IMG/VR virus record: IMGVR_UViG_3300017780_004315
Location: 1 to 42,914 of that record
DNA length: 42,914 nt
From: a virus
Lineage: Duplodnaviria; Caudoviricetes
Direction: 5' to 3' (one strand)
Position 1 is the first letter of the stretch. Each line of letters begins with the position of its first letter. The translations under genes were made by a program, and so were the position numbers. Shown piece after piece: positions 16,343 through 24,050 of the stretch. The notes below the pieces were generated by a model. That model worked only from the letters and a program-made list of their open reading frames with translations, made no database searches and had not been told where the DNA came from.

Positions 16343-17031
16343 TGCACGAGGACGGAGACGAGATCAAGTACTTCGGGCAAGGAAGGCAGGCGGAGGTAGG
16401 TTGGGAGTGGCATGAATGGCGATTGGAGGTTGAGCGCCGTGTCATTCTGGCGGAGAGGAAGGTATCTATCCTGCTGGCAGAGCGGCGGGCTGGGCGGCTT
16501 GCGGTCAACGCGGACGAGCCGGACGACGACACGCCAACGTCGTACCCGCACGATGCACACGAGCCAACGGAGACACCGCTGGTGGAGGTCGTGCCCTCTC
16601 CCGTGGCAGGGGCGGTGACCGTGGACCTCACGCCCGTGACGGGCGGTGTGTTCGGTGTCGCACCAGCACCAACGCCGGATGAGATTGCTCAGGCATCGAC
16701 GAACGACCCCGCCGTAGTCGCAGCGGTGGCCAAGATCATCGCTACGGGCAACGCGGCAGCAGCAACGGTAGCGATGAGCACGCCGACGAAGAGCGCACGT
16801 AAGCGTGCGGTCCGATGCCCTCCGACCGAGGCACGTGTGCGTGTGCAGCAGGCGCTCACGAGTGCGCAGTCCACCATCCGGGGGATCACCGCATGGGAGA
16901 CGGCGACCGGGTGGGGTATCCCACTCACGAGTTCGCAGATACGTCCCGCACTCAAGGAGTTGGAGAAGCGTGGCGACGTACACGTGGTGGGCAAGCGTGG
17001 CAAGCAGGAAATCTGGGCGATCAAGTCCTAA
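16339..17031 (+). CDS. Hypothetical protein with a possible C-terminal winged HTH
   Basis: GTGA overlap; C-terminus LTSSQIRPALKELEKRGDVHVVGKRGKQEIW. Confidence 0.7.
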   Translation: MMHEDGDEIKYFGQGRQAEVGWEWHEWRLEVERRVILAERKVSILLAERRAGRLAVNADEPDDDTPTSYPHDAHEPTETPLVEVVPSPVAGAVTVDLTPVTGGVFGVAPAPTPDEIAQASTNDPAVVAAVAKIIATGNAAAATVAMSTPTKSARKRAVRCPPTEARVRVQQALTSAQSTIRGITAWETATGWGIPLTSSQIRPALKELEKRGDVHVVGKRGKQEIWAIKS

Positions 17032-17056
17032 CCTATTCTCTCGAAAGGAGAACACG

Positions 17057-17296
17057 ATGGATAGCATTACGCATGACTTCTCGGACAACGACCACGTGGT
17101 GGCGGTGGTGATCGCGTTTATTGCGAAGCGTCGGCACGAGCGTGAGTTGGCCGAGGCCCGTGACACATGGGCCAACGCAATGATCGCAGCCCGTGACGCA
17201 GGCGTGACGATCGCAGATATGTCACGTGCCACTGGCGTCGCATCGCCAAGCATCATCGGCGTAATCAACACGGCGCTAGCGAAACGTGTGGTATAG
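17057..17296 (+). CDS. Small HTH regulator
   Basis: AAGGAG RBS; AARDAGVTIADMSRATGVASPSI is a helix-turn-helix pattern. Confidence 0.75.
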   Translation: MDSITHDFSDNDHVVAVVIAFIAKRRHERELAEARDTWANAMIAARDAGVTIADMSRATGVASPSIIGVINTALAKRVV

Positions 17297-17315
17297 GTTT
17301 CTCGCGTAGCGAAAG

Positions 17316-17352
17316 CGGGGGGGGTTAGTATCGGAGATACTAACCCCCCCCG
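17316..17352. terminator. Perfect 17-bp hairpin, probable terminator without a U tract
   Basis: cggggggggttagtatc-gga-gatactaaccccccccg directly after the HTH gene. Confidence 0.6.
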
Positions 17353-17409
17353 TCTGCGTTGTCAAGAGTTCGTTTGTTACCATGTCATCACGAGATAGGA
17401 CACGAAGCA

Positions 17410-17820
17410 ATGAAGATAACCACACTTATGCTTGCGCTATTCGCAGCAATGATCGCGGCTTCGTTCGTTACCTACGGGAACGGGCAAGCGGCACAAGAAA
17501 CACGCACAAAGTTAGTGCGCTTCCCGCCCAACCCAACACGCAGGGACGTAGCGAAACGCGTCCCCGATTGGAGGGGATTCGTGAACCTCGGCAGATGCGA
17601 GCAGCCGGGTCCGAGCAAGTACCACGATGGCGTGCAGTGGGGGCACAAGGGTCCGACGTACGGCGGTGGCGTTGGATTGTTTGCAGGCACGTGGCGTTCC
17701 GTCGGTAGCCCGTACCGGGTGTTCAGCGGCGACAAGTGGGAGACGATCCTCGTGTCAGATGCGGTGCGTGATCGGTTCGGCATCACCGCATGGGGCGCAC
17801 ACGCTTGCTTCCACCCGTGA
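17410..17820 (+). CDS. Secreted Rpf-like lytic transglycosylase
   Basis: Signal peptide MKITTLMLALFAAMIAASFV; LGRCEQ...W...TYGGGVGLFAGTWRSVG...AWGAHAC parallels the Rpf CES...YYGGLQF...TW...AWP.C motif. Confidence 0.75.
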   Translation: MKITTLMLALFAAMIAASFVTYGNGQAAQETRTKLVRFPPNPTRRDVAKRVPDWRGFVNLGRCEQPGPSKYHDGVQWGHKGPTYGGGVGLFAGTWRSVGSPYRVFSGDKWETILVSDAVRDRFGITAWGAHACFHP

Positions 17821-17832
17821 TACGGCTAGGCT
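17805..17832 (+). promoter_or_regulatory. Housekeeping-sigma promoter, probably giving a leaderless mRNA
   Basis: TTGCTT-16 nt-TAGGCT, 7 nt before GTG 17840, with no RBS. Confidence 0.55.
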
Positions 17833-17839
17833 TGTACTT

Positions 17840-18082
17840 GTGACCGCCGACGAAGCAATCGCCATCGTGAAGCAGAGCAACCCGCCCATTGTCAAGTGGC
17901 TGGACGAGGATATGCGCCGTCACTACGGGTACATCCTGTCCGTGCAAGAGAAGCGGCGCGTACGTATTCGCGGCAAGAGCAGGGTCGTGCCAAGCGCACG
18001 CATACGTGGGAAGGATAACTACGTGCCACTGGACGACCTCTCCGTGTACGTGAAGGCAGAGCCTGATGCCCCCGCCACGTAA
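17840..18082 (+). CDS. Hypothetical protein (80 aa)
   Basis: GTG 17840 is in frame with ORF 17627..18082. Confidence 0.6.
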   Translation: MTADEAIAIVKQSNPPIVKWLDEDMRRHYGYILSVQEKRRVRIRGKSRVVPSARIRGKDNYVPLDDLSVYVKAEPDAPAT

Positions 18083-18296
18083 CTGCGGGGTGTGCAGGCG
18101 AAGCCTGTCCGTGTACAACAGAGGTGACTACTGCAACCAGTGTTGGGAGCGGCAGTCGATCCCGTGGCGCAGGAAGTACGGGAAGAACGACGCATACTCA
18201 CCCGACCAAGACCTACGCAGGGAGGTAAAGGAACGTGACGCAATCTACGACGACAACCAATCAGCCAGCGGTGATCCTAAGAAGGGTATCGACTGA
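18066..18296 (+). CDS. Small zinc-finger protein
   Basis: CGVC...LSVYN...CNQC. Confidence 0.65.
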   Translation: MPPPRNCGVCRRSLSVYNRGDYCNQCWERQSIPWRRKYGKNDAYSPDQDLRREVKERDAIYDDNQSASGDPKKGID

Positions 18297-18963
18297 GGAG
18301 CAAGGCAAGTCTGGCCACGGGCTAGACGCGCAACTCCACACGTGCGAGCAGTGGTGCTCGGACAAGGGGTGGAACAACATCGCCGTGTTCACCGAGGTCG
18401 TGTCTGGGTTCAGCAAGCCGCTTGCGAAACGCACGGCTGCGACCGCTGCGATCGAACTGTGCAGGCGTGAGTCGGGCATCCTCGTGGTGGCAAAGGGTGA
18501 CCGCCTGTCACGCCGCATGATCGAACGCCTAGAGACGATCGAACTCTCGCAGAAAGAGGGGTGGTACGTGTTCATGTGCGACCTCCCCGAAGCAGACCCA
18601 ACTACCGCTGGCGGGTGGATGATGCAGGCCATGTTCGCCATGCTCGCAGAGTACGAGCGTCGCATCATCAGCGAGCGCACGAGCGACGCGCTTCACGCCA
18701 TCATCAGGGCGGGCGGCTCCGTTGGCAGGCGTACGGAGGTTGACCCGTGTGCCGTGGTGGAGGCGGTCACTCTCCACGAGGGTGGCATGAGCATGAGCGA
18801 CATCGCATCAGAACTGGACCGCATGGGGTACAAGCCACCACGCAGTGCGAACTGGAACCGGAACACCGTCCGGCATATGGTCACCGGCGAGGCATGGGGC
18901 AAGGTCACACGTACCATGCGGGCCGAGCAGCAGGCGCTTGACAAGTCCGGGGATGGCGTGTAA
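18235..18963 (+). CDS. Serine recombinase (resolvase/invertase catalytic domain plus short DNA-binding domain)
   Basis: RVSTEEQ catalytic Ser, DRLSR, AEYERRIISERT; C-terminal SMSDIASELD..GYKPPR...W...TV; GGAGGT RBS before GTG. Confidence 0.93.
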   Translation: MTQSTTTTNQPAVILRRVSTEEQGKSGHGLDAQLHTCEQWCSDKGWNNIAVFTEVVSGFSKPLAKRTAATAAIELCRRESGILVVAKGDRLSRRMIERLETIELSQKEGWYVFMCDLPEADPTTAGGWMMQAMFAMLAEYERRIISERTSDALHAIIRAGGSVGRRTEVDPCAVVEAVTLHEGGMSMSDIASELDRMGYKPPRSANWNRNTVRHMVTGEAWGKVTRTMRAEQQALDKSGDGV

Positions 18964-19120
18964 CTTCCCCGGTCTGCACCGTTGTGGAACATCATGGACA
19001 CACGGTGTAACTCGCGGGAACATGTGAGGTTCCTGCGGGTGGGTGCGACCGTTCGACACCCGACGCTCAGCCTCCCGGCGCTTGCAACTGTGTGGCACGC
19101 GACCGGGGTTCATAGGTTAC
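18960..19120 (+). ncRNA. Candidate multi-stem structured RNA of unknown family
   Basis: Closing helices gtaact/ggttac and ccccggtc/gaccgggg enclose at least three hairpins; the non-canonical pairs in the main stems are G-U on the + strand. Confidence 0.55.
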
Positions 19121-19167
19121 TTCCGCTTCGACGCTAGACGGAGCGAGCATCGACGGATCTGGTTTCA

Positions 19168-19205
19168 GGGGGGCCGACGCTACTTTCCCGTCGGCCCCTT
19201 TTTTT
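19168..19205 (+). terminator. Intrinsic terminator ending the plus-strand block
   Basis: ggggccgacg / cgtcggcccc stem plus T7, at the point of convergence with the minus-strand arm. Confidence 0.9.
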
Positions 19206-19704
19206 ATTCCCCGTGGTCCACGACGTCAACTACTGGCGGGGCTGCATCCCACGGCGGCGTGATGTTGATCTGCACGTTGGCAGTACCACTCCCCGAACCA
19301 CCGCTGTCCTCTAGCCCCATGAACTTCCCGATCTGGGTCGTCATTGCAATGTACGAATCGACCGCCCACTTCTCCCCGCGTCGTACGTCAGGCTCAATGG
19401 CGGCACGCAACTCCATCAAGCGGCCAGCCTCCTGCTCACGTAGGCGTGCCTTGTCAATACCCGCGACCAACTCACCGTAGTGCTCAGATATGAGTCGGTA
19501 CGCAGCAACCCACCCTCCAGTAATCCTTAGCGCCTTTGCGATTGTTACGTAGTCCTCGCCCCTGCATCGCATCTCATACGCAGACGCGACGAGCATCGCT
19601 CCCTTCGCTTCGGTTGGCGCGAGGTCTGTCTGCTTCGGCTTTCGTTTCTTAGGTGCGGCGATCTCTTTCATCGTCTGCACTTCGAGTGGCGTCTCGTCAA
19701 TCAA
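19204..19704 (-). CDS. Probable terminase small subunit (HTH)
   Basis: AYEMRCRGEDYVTIAKAL...EQEAGRLMEL...RRGEKWAVD...KFMGLE resembles the ALELR.AG.SY..IA...ELERLD...GD..AVD...KLLGLD family usually found just before TerL. Confidence 0.7.
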   Translation of the reverse strand: MIDETPLEVQTMKEIAAPKKRKPKQTDLAPTEAKGAMLVASAYEMRCRGEDYVTIAKALRITGGWVAAYRLISEHYGELVAGIDKARLREQEAGRLMELRAAIEPDVRRGEKWAVDSYIAMTTQIGKFMGLEDSGGSGSGTANVQINITPPWDAAPPVVDVVDHGE

Positions 19705-21079
19705 CTAGGTCCTCCCACGATGTCAGGACATTCTCTTCATCTTCCGCAAGCCTATACAACTTCCGCTTGCTGTTCGGCATGTTGAACCCGTCAATGTTCT
19801 CGCCCAATGCGGATAGCGTCTTGCGAATGTTGACGTCGCTCTTCCCCAACTTCTCGCCTATCGATCTGACCGTCAGCCCAAGCGGGTTCTTTGCAAGCAC
19901 CTCTTCGACCAACTGCGCGTTGGTCTGCATACCCTCGTGATACACGCGGGCGAAACCAGTGTCCCGGTCGAATGACATATCAATGTGCGTACCCTTCTGC
20001 AACATGCCGGGCCTGTGCTTCCACACGAACATGCGTGAGAATCCGGGGTCACCTTGTCGCAGCCCGAGGATCACCTCAGCACCACGAGAGAACGCACCGG
20101 ACCCAAAGATATCGTCAAGCGTCGGCGCGTTGCCGGGGTTCTTCTTGTCGCTCTTGCGTGTGTGGACGGGCATGACGAACGCGAAGTCGTACTCGGCACG
20201 CCAGCGGTCGAACAACTTCATCAGCGACACTGCTTCCTGCTCGTTGTTGGAATCAATCGCTGCAACTTTGTATAGCGGATCGACGACGAGAACATCTGGT
20301 CGCATCTGCTCAATGATCCGCTCTACCTGTAGCGCATCGTTCGTTGACTCGCCAAGGTTCAGCCCGTCGGGAACTGCGAGGTACTGGATTTGTTCGCTGT
20401 CCTCCATCCCGATCTCTTTCGCAAGGCGCTGGATATCTGGGATCGTTTGCTCTGCGTCGATGATAAGAACTGTTGGCTTCTTGCCATCTTCGTCCGGGCC
20501 AATCCCCGCCCAGTCAATGAACCCAGTCCCTTCGATGATCGCCCGCATCATCCACATAACGAGCGTCGTCTTGCCTTCACCCGTTGCTGCACCGACGAGC
20601 GTGCGTAGGCCACGCATGACAAGCGGGCCAAGCAACTCAACGTAGCCGGGGTTCTCCATCTCTGCGATCGCCCGGATACTGACCGGGGTGAGCGTGTCGT
20701 TGGTGCCTGCGTCACCTCCGTAAACTGGATCGCTCTGCCCTCGCTCGACCATCTTCAGCACTTCGTCTGCTACCTCGTACCTGCTAACAGACTTTGCGAT
20801 GCGACGCACATCGTCATCATCAAGCGGCGGGTCAACCCGGCTGGCGTTGGTCGCAAGCAGCGCCGCCTCAATCTCCGGCTGCGTCATGCCACGCCGACGC
20901 ATTGACCCGGCGAGCGACGCGAGCGCGTTGTTGCGTCCGGGGTACGTGATCGTCTGCCCATCTACGCGGTCACGTGTGACCCGCTCCGTCCCTGACTCGG
21001 CCCATATCCACCTCGTCAGTTCGTCGGTGACGGCTGGCGCTCCCGAGTCCCACGGAAGCGCGTGTTCTGTCACGCCCAT
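19697..21079 (-). CDS. PriCT-1 plus RepA-like (AAA_25) helicase
   Basis: GRNNALASLAG...PPLDDDDVRRIAKS; ATGEGKT, LVVDP, VHTRK and FGSGAF motifs. Confidence 0.9.
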   Translation of the reverse strand: MGVTEHALPWDSGAPAVTDELTRWIWAESGTERVTRDRVDGQTITYPGRNNALASLAGSMRRRGMTQPEIEAALLATNASRVDPPLDDDDVRRIAKSVSRYEVADEVLKMVERGQSDPVYGGDAGTNDTLTPVSIRAIAEMENPGYVELLGPLVMRGLRTLVGAATGEGKTTLVMWMMRAIIEGTGFIDWAGIGPDEDGKKPTVLIIDAEQTIPDIQRLAKEIGMEDSEQIQYLAVPDGLNLGESTNDALQVERIIEQMRPDVLVVDPLYKVAAIDSNNEQEAVSLMKLFDRWRAEYDFAFVMPVHTRKSDKKNPGNAPTLDDIFGSGAFSRGAEVILGLRQGDPGFSRMFVWKHRPGMLQKGTHIDMSFDRDTGFARVYHEGMQTNAQLVEEVLAKNPLGLTVRSIGEKLGKSDVNIRKTLSALGENIDGFNMPNSKRKLYRLAEDEENVLTSWEDLVD

Positions 21080-21549
21080 TCGTACACCCCGCCATCAACG
21101 CGTCGTGACGGTGGTGCTACGACGAACCCGTTGCCGCTCTTGATGTCGATGCCCCGCAACTTTGCGGCGGGCACATTGCCCGACAGGTACAGGTGGATGC
21201 CTCGCCTCGTGCGTACCATCGGGCACGGAGGGATGATGCCCACCTCTATGAGCGGGAGGATCATCGCCTCGCCACCCTCGTCGTCAATGTCAATCACAAC
21301 CAGCCCGGATGCACCGCACACGATCCCGATGTTCCGCTGGCGTGTGTCGTCCATGAACCATGCGGTCACCTGCTCAACGTTGCTGCTTGCCTTCGATGGC
21401 CAGTCACGCCAGTACGGGTGCTTGCCCGCGCTGTCGCAATCGCTACCGAGGTGGCACGTACACGAACCGTCGTCGTTCACCCCGTGCAGTGGGATCACTG
21501 CCCACCCACGCTCTGCGTATTTCACCGCCCACTCACATACGCTTTCCAT
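21070..21549 (-). CDS. Bifunctional primase-polymerase N-terminal domain
   Basis: YAERGWAVIPL, AGKHP, NIGIVCG...VIDID, GIHLY and GFVVAPPS motifs. Confidence 0.92.
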   Translation of the reverse strand: MESVCEWAVKYAERGWAVIPLHGVNDDGSCTCHLGSDCDSAGKHPYWRDWPSKASSNVEQVTAWFMDDTRQRNIGIVCGASGLVVIDIDDEGGEAMILPLIEVGIIPPCPMVRTRRGIHLYLSGNVPAAKLRGIDIKSGNGFVVAPPSRRVDGGVYEWA

Positions 21550-21550
21550 T

Positions 21551-22018
21551 TCAGTCCTCGTCCCTCAACTCGTTGTAGCGGGCGACGGCGATAGCCGACG
21601 CGTCTGCCTGATCCTGATCCGCTGGATCAAAGTCCATCTCTAGTGACCACGACAGTACGTCAGACTTCGTTGCCCTGCCGCTAAGCCCCGCGATCTTGCG
21701 CCACTCCGTCGGCTGCATCCATCGCAGCACAACGTGCGGCCACCTCCCAAAGATAGCGTCTTGCGTGCGTGCACACACGGCACCTGCCATGTACGCAGCG
21801 CGTGCGAACGGCATCGCTGGTTGCTCAACGCATATGTCCGTCGGTTCGTTGTTCTTGTTGCCCGCTTCGATGAGCGCACCACGGATGAGCGCGTACTGAT
21901 CGTCGCCCGTGTTCAGTTGCGTCGTCATCGACCATCGCTTGCCAGCGGGTGAGTACACCGCTATCGCAATGCGCGTCGGGGATACGTCGATGCCCCATAC
22001 TTCTTGGTCGTTTGTCAC
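21551..22018 (-). CDS. RuvC-like Holliday junction resolvase
   Basis: GIDVS, VEQP, PTEWRK...ATKSDV and DQADASAIA; GTG 22018 overlaps the upstream stop. Confidence 0.85.
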   Translation of the reverse strand: MTNDQEVWGIDVSPTRIAIAVYSPAGKRWSMTTQLNTGDDQYALIRGALIEAGNKNNEPTDICVEQPAMPFARAAYMAGAVCARTQDAIFGRWPHVVLRWMQPTEWRKIAGLSGRATKSDVLSWSLEMDFDPADQDQADASAIAVARYNELRDED

Positions 22019-22224
22019 AACTCGTCGTCCTTCTGCATTAGCCGGTTGAGTACGTCTTCCCACTCGTGACGCTCCCACTCCACGTGCTCAGTCAGTCTCT
22101 CGAACATCTCGTTAGCGAACGCAGAAATAAGAGGAGCGCCACGGTCACCGGCGAGTCTTTCGATTCGCTTCAGCAACTCGTGGCGCTCGTCCTGCATTGC
22201 TTCTAGTAGGTCAATGCTCGGCAC
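22015..22224 (-). CDS. Hypothetical protein
   Basis: 69 aa helical ORF coupled to its neighbours. Confidence 0.6.
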   Translation of the reverse strand: MPSIDLLEAMQDERHELLKRIERLAGDRGAPLISAFANEMFERLTEHVEWERHEWEDVLNRLMQKDDEL

Positions 22225-22429
22225 TGGCTTGCTTCCATTCTCCGGTGCCGAAGCACCCGTCGCACCTCATAAACAGGAACGATCCGAGGTCCGTTTTCTG
22301 GTAGAACCCTCGCGCTCCATGGCACCAAGGACAACGACGGGTGGACGCCTCCGCGATGTACGCACGCAGGGCAATGTTCGCCCGTTGCCACGTAGCAGTT
22401 CCCTCGGGAGTCCACCCGATCGGAGTCAT
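22211..22429 (-). CDS. Small zinc-finger protein
   Basis: CPWCHG...CDGCFGTG; ATG 22429 follows the SSB-like stop. Confidence 0.65.
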   Translation of the reverse strand: MTPIGWTPEGTATWQRANIALRAYIAEASTRRCPWCHGARGFYQKTDLGSFLFMRCDGCFGTGEWKQASAEH

Positions 22430-22430
22430 C

Positions 22431-22904
22431 TCAGAACGGTATCTCTTCTGCGTCCATCTGCGCGAGGTTTGCCTTGGCCTGCGCAAGCGTGTCGGACGGG
22501 ATGGCCTCAGCCACGGGCTTGCCCTCCGGCATCGCGTCGAACCTCTTCACCGTGTAGCGATGGAACTGACGGCCAGCCTTGGACATCGCCTCGCCGTGGT
22601 ACTCCACGTAGATCGACTGCCCGACTTCGACCGGTCCCTTCTCCGACTCGGTACCCAACTCGCGCTTCAGCACGGACCGGGACAGGCGGAGGCGACGCTC
22701 GCCATCCAGCGTCCCGTACTTCGTGCGTACGTCAACGAGTCCGACCTCTTCGACTTCTCCGAACGAGGTAACCTCGTCGAAGATTCCGGTCACGGTGCCA
22801 GCGAGGAACTCGCCCGGCTCGTCAAGGATAACGAACGTTCCTCCGCCACCGGATGAACGTGCTTCGGCCCGCATTGCTTCCAACTGCTCGTCGCTGATAG
22901 GCAT
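22431..22904 (-). CDS. Probable single-stranded DNA-binding protein
   Basis: OB-fold-like beta pattern, acidic EEIPF C-terminus, next to the exonuclease. Confidence 0.7.
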   Translation of the reverse strand: MPISDEQLEAMRAEARSSGGGGTFVILDEPGEFLAGTVTGIFDEVTSFGEVEEVGLVDVRTKYGTLDGERRLRLSRSVLKRELGTESEKGPVEVGQSIYVEYHGEAMSKAGRQFHRYTVKRFDAMPEGKPVAEAIPSDTLAQAKANLAQMDAEEIPF

Positions 22905-23755
22905 TACTTGCTCGCTTTCAGATTCTTGGTTTCGTCGTTCGGCTCCGAGAACGGAGTCCAGAACAGTTTCGTGTCGCTCTTCGTTGCCCTAAGCAGGGCG
23001 AGACAGGTGAGGAACGAGTCAAAGATTTCTTGATCCGTATTCACCGGGATCACGAACGCACCTTCCGGGCGTACGTGAAAGATCACACACCCATCTACCT
23101 GCGGCATCTCTTCTTCGGTGCCGTCGTGGTGGATGATGTGCGTGGCCCAACGGTACGACGCCAACTGCGCGGCGTACTCGTCACGCGTCGGAGACTTGCT
23201 CGTCTTGATGTCAACGAGCAAGTACTTGCGTCCGTTCGGCGTGTCCATGTGGACGATGCCGTCGAACGTACCGGCGTACTCGTGGTCGTGGTTGTACGCG
23301 GTCTGCTCTGACCGCTCCCACTCCACGTTGAACTTTGCGCACAGGCCAAGCAGGTGGTCCCACATCTCCTGCGCCAACGGCGGGAGTTCCTTGCGGATAC
23401 GTGGTGCCTCAGTGCGAGGCTCGCTTGACTTCAGGTACTCTTCCATCGCCTCGTGCACAAGGCGACCAGCGTTTGCTGCGTCGTCTCGCACGTGTCGGTA
23501 CGCGCTCTTGATCGCTTCGATCGCAACGTCGTCCGACTGAAGCGCGAGCGCGGAAAGCGCACCGCTCTTGTACAACTCCATCGCCCGCTCTGCCGCCATC
23601 TTCGACGCCCATGGCATAGCCCAAGGCTTCGGCCACATACCAGTGGCGGATGTTGACGACGGGTATTCCTTCTGGTCCTCTGCTTCGGCATGGAGTGGGT
23701 ACGGGTAGAACCTACCCCCACCCCTCCGTTGTACCGCGTTACGCGGCGGAGTCAT
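22904..23755 (-). CDS. PD-(D/E)XK (Cas4/RecB-like) exonuclease
   Basis: YPSSTS, GRLVHEAME, YAGTFD, VDIKTS and QLASY motifs. Confidence 0.88.
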   Translation of the reverse strand: MTPPRNAVQRRGGGRFYPYPLHAEAEDQKEYPSSTSATGMWPKPWAMPWASKMAAERAMELYKSGALSALALQSDDVAIEAIKSAYRHVRDDAANAGRLVHEAMEEYLKSSEPRTEAPRIRKELPPLAQEMWDHLLGLCAKFNVEWERSEQTAYNHDHEYAGTFDGIVHMDTPNGRKYLLVDIKTSKSPTRDEYAAQLASYRWATHIIHHDGTEEEMPQVDGCVIFHVRPEGAFVIPVNTDQEIFDSFLTCLALLRATKSDTKLFWTPFSEPNDETKNLKASK

Positions 23756-24005
23756 AATCCCCCTCTTCGCTTTCTTTGTCGATCTCCTTGTACATCAACT
23801 CGATATCGACAAACTCGCTGATCCTTCCCATGAAGTTGTCGATTGACGACGAAAGTTCTTCGATCATTTCTTTCGGAAGTTCGTCAATCCAGCGGTCGAT
23901 GATCTCCATAAGCGTTGATGTGTAGTCAATGGAGTGAGCAAGGATGACGCCCACGTACTCGTCTCTTTGCTCAGCGTTACCTTGTATGAAGTTGCGTAGG
24001 TCCAT
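23739..24005 (-). CDS. Acidic hypothetical protein
   Basis: Likely start ATG 24005 (MDLRNF) after AGGA; very D/E-rich. Confidence 0.65.
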   Translation of the reverse strand: MDLRNFIQGNAEQRDEYVGVILAHSIDYTSTLMEIIDRWIDELPKEMIEELSSSIDNFMGRISEFVDIELMYKEIDKESEEGDYDSAA

Positions 24006-24020
24006 TTCTTCCTGTCCGTG

Positions 24021-24040
24021 GGGTGCGAGATGGTACACCC
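24021..24040 (-). promoter_or_regulatory. Candidate promoter for the replication module
   Basis: TACCAT (24030-24035, minus strand) lies within a gggtg/caccc inverted repeat. Confidence 0.4.
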
Positions 24041-24050
24041 ATGCTCGGCG

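Noticed and set aside
18235-18963. IS607-type element or large serine integrase
   Set aside because: No N-terminal MerR-like HTH, no tnpB, and too short for the zinc-ribbon/coiled-coil region of integrases.
19041-19062. GTTCGA as a tRNA T-loop
   Set aside because: The flanks do not form a canonical T-arm, acceptor stem or anticodon arm; no tRNA was found in the window.
22904-23755. Cas4-like nuclease as CRISPR adaptation machinery
   Set aside because: It is a stand-alone phage exonuclease beside SSB-like and RuvC-like genes, with no cas1/cas2 or array.
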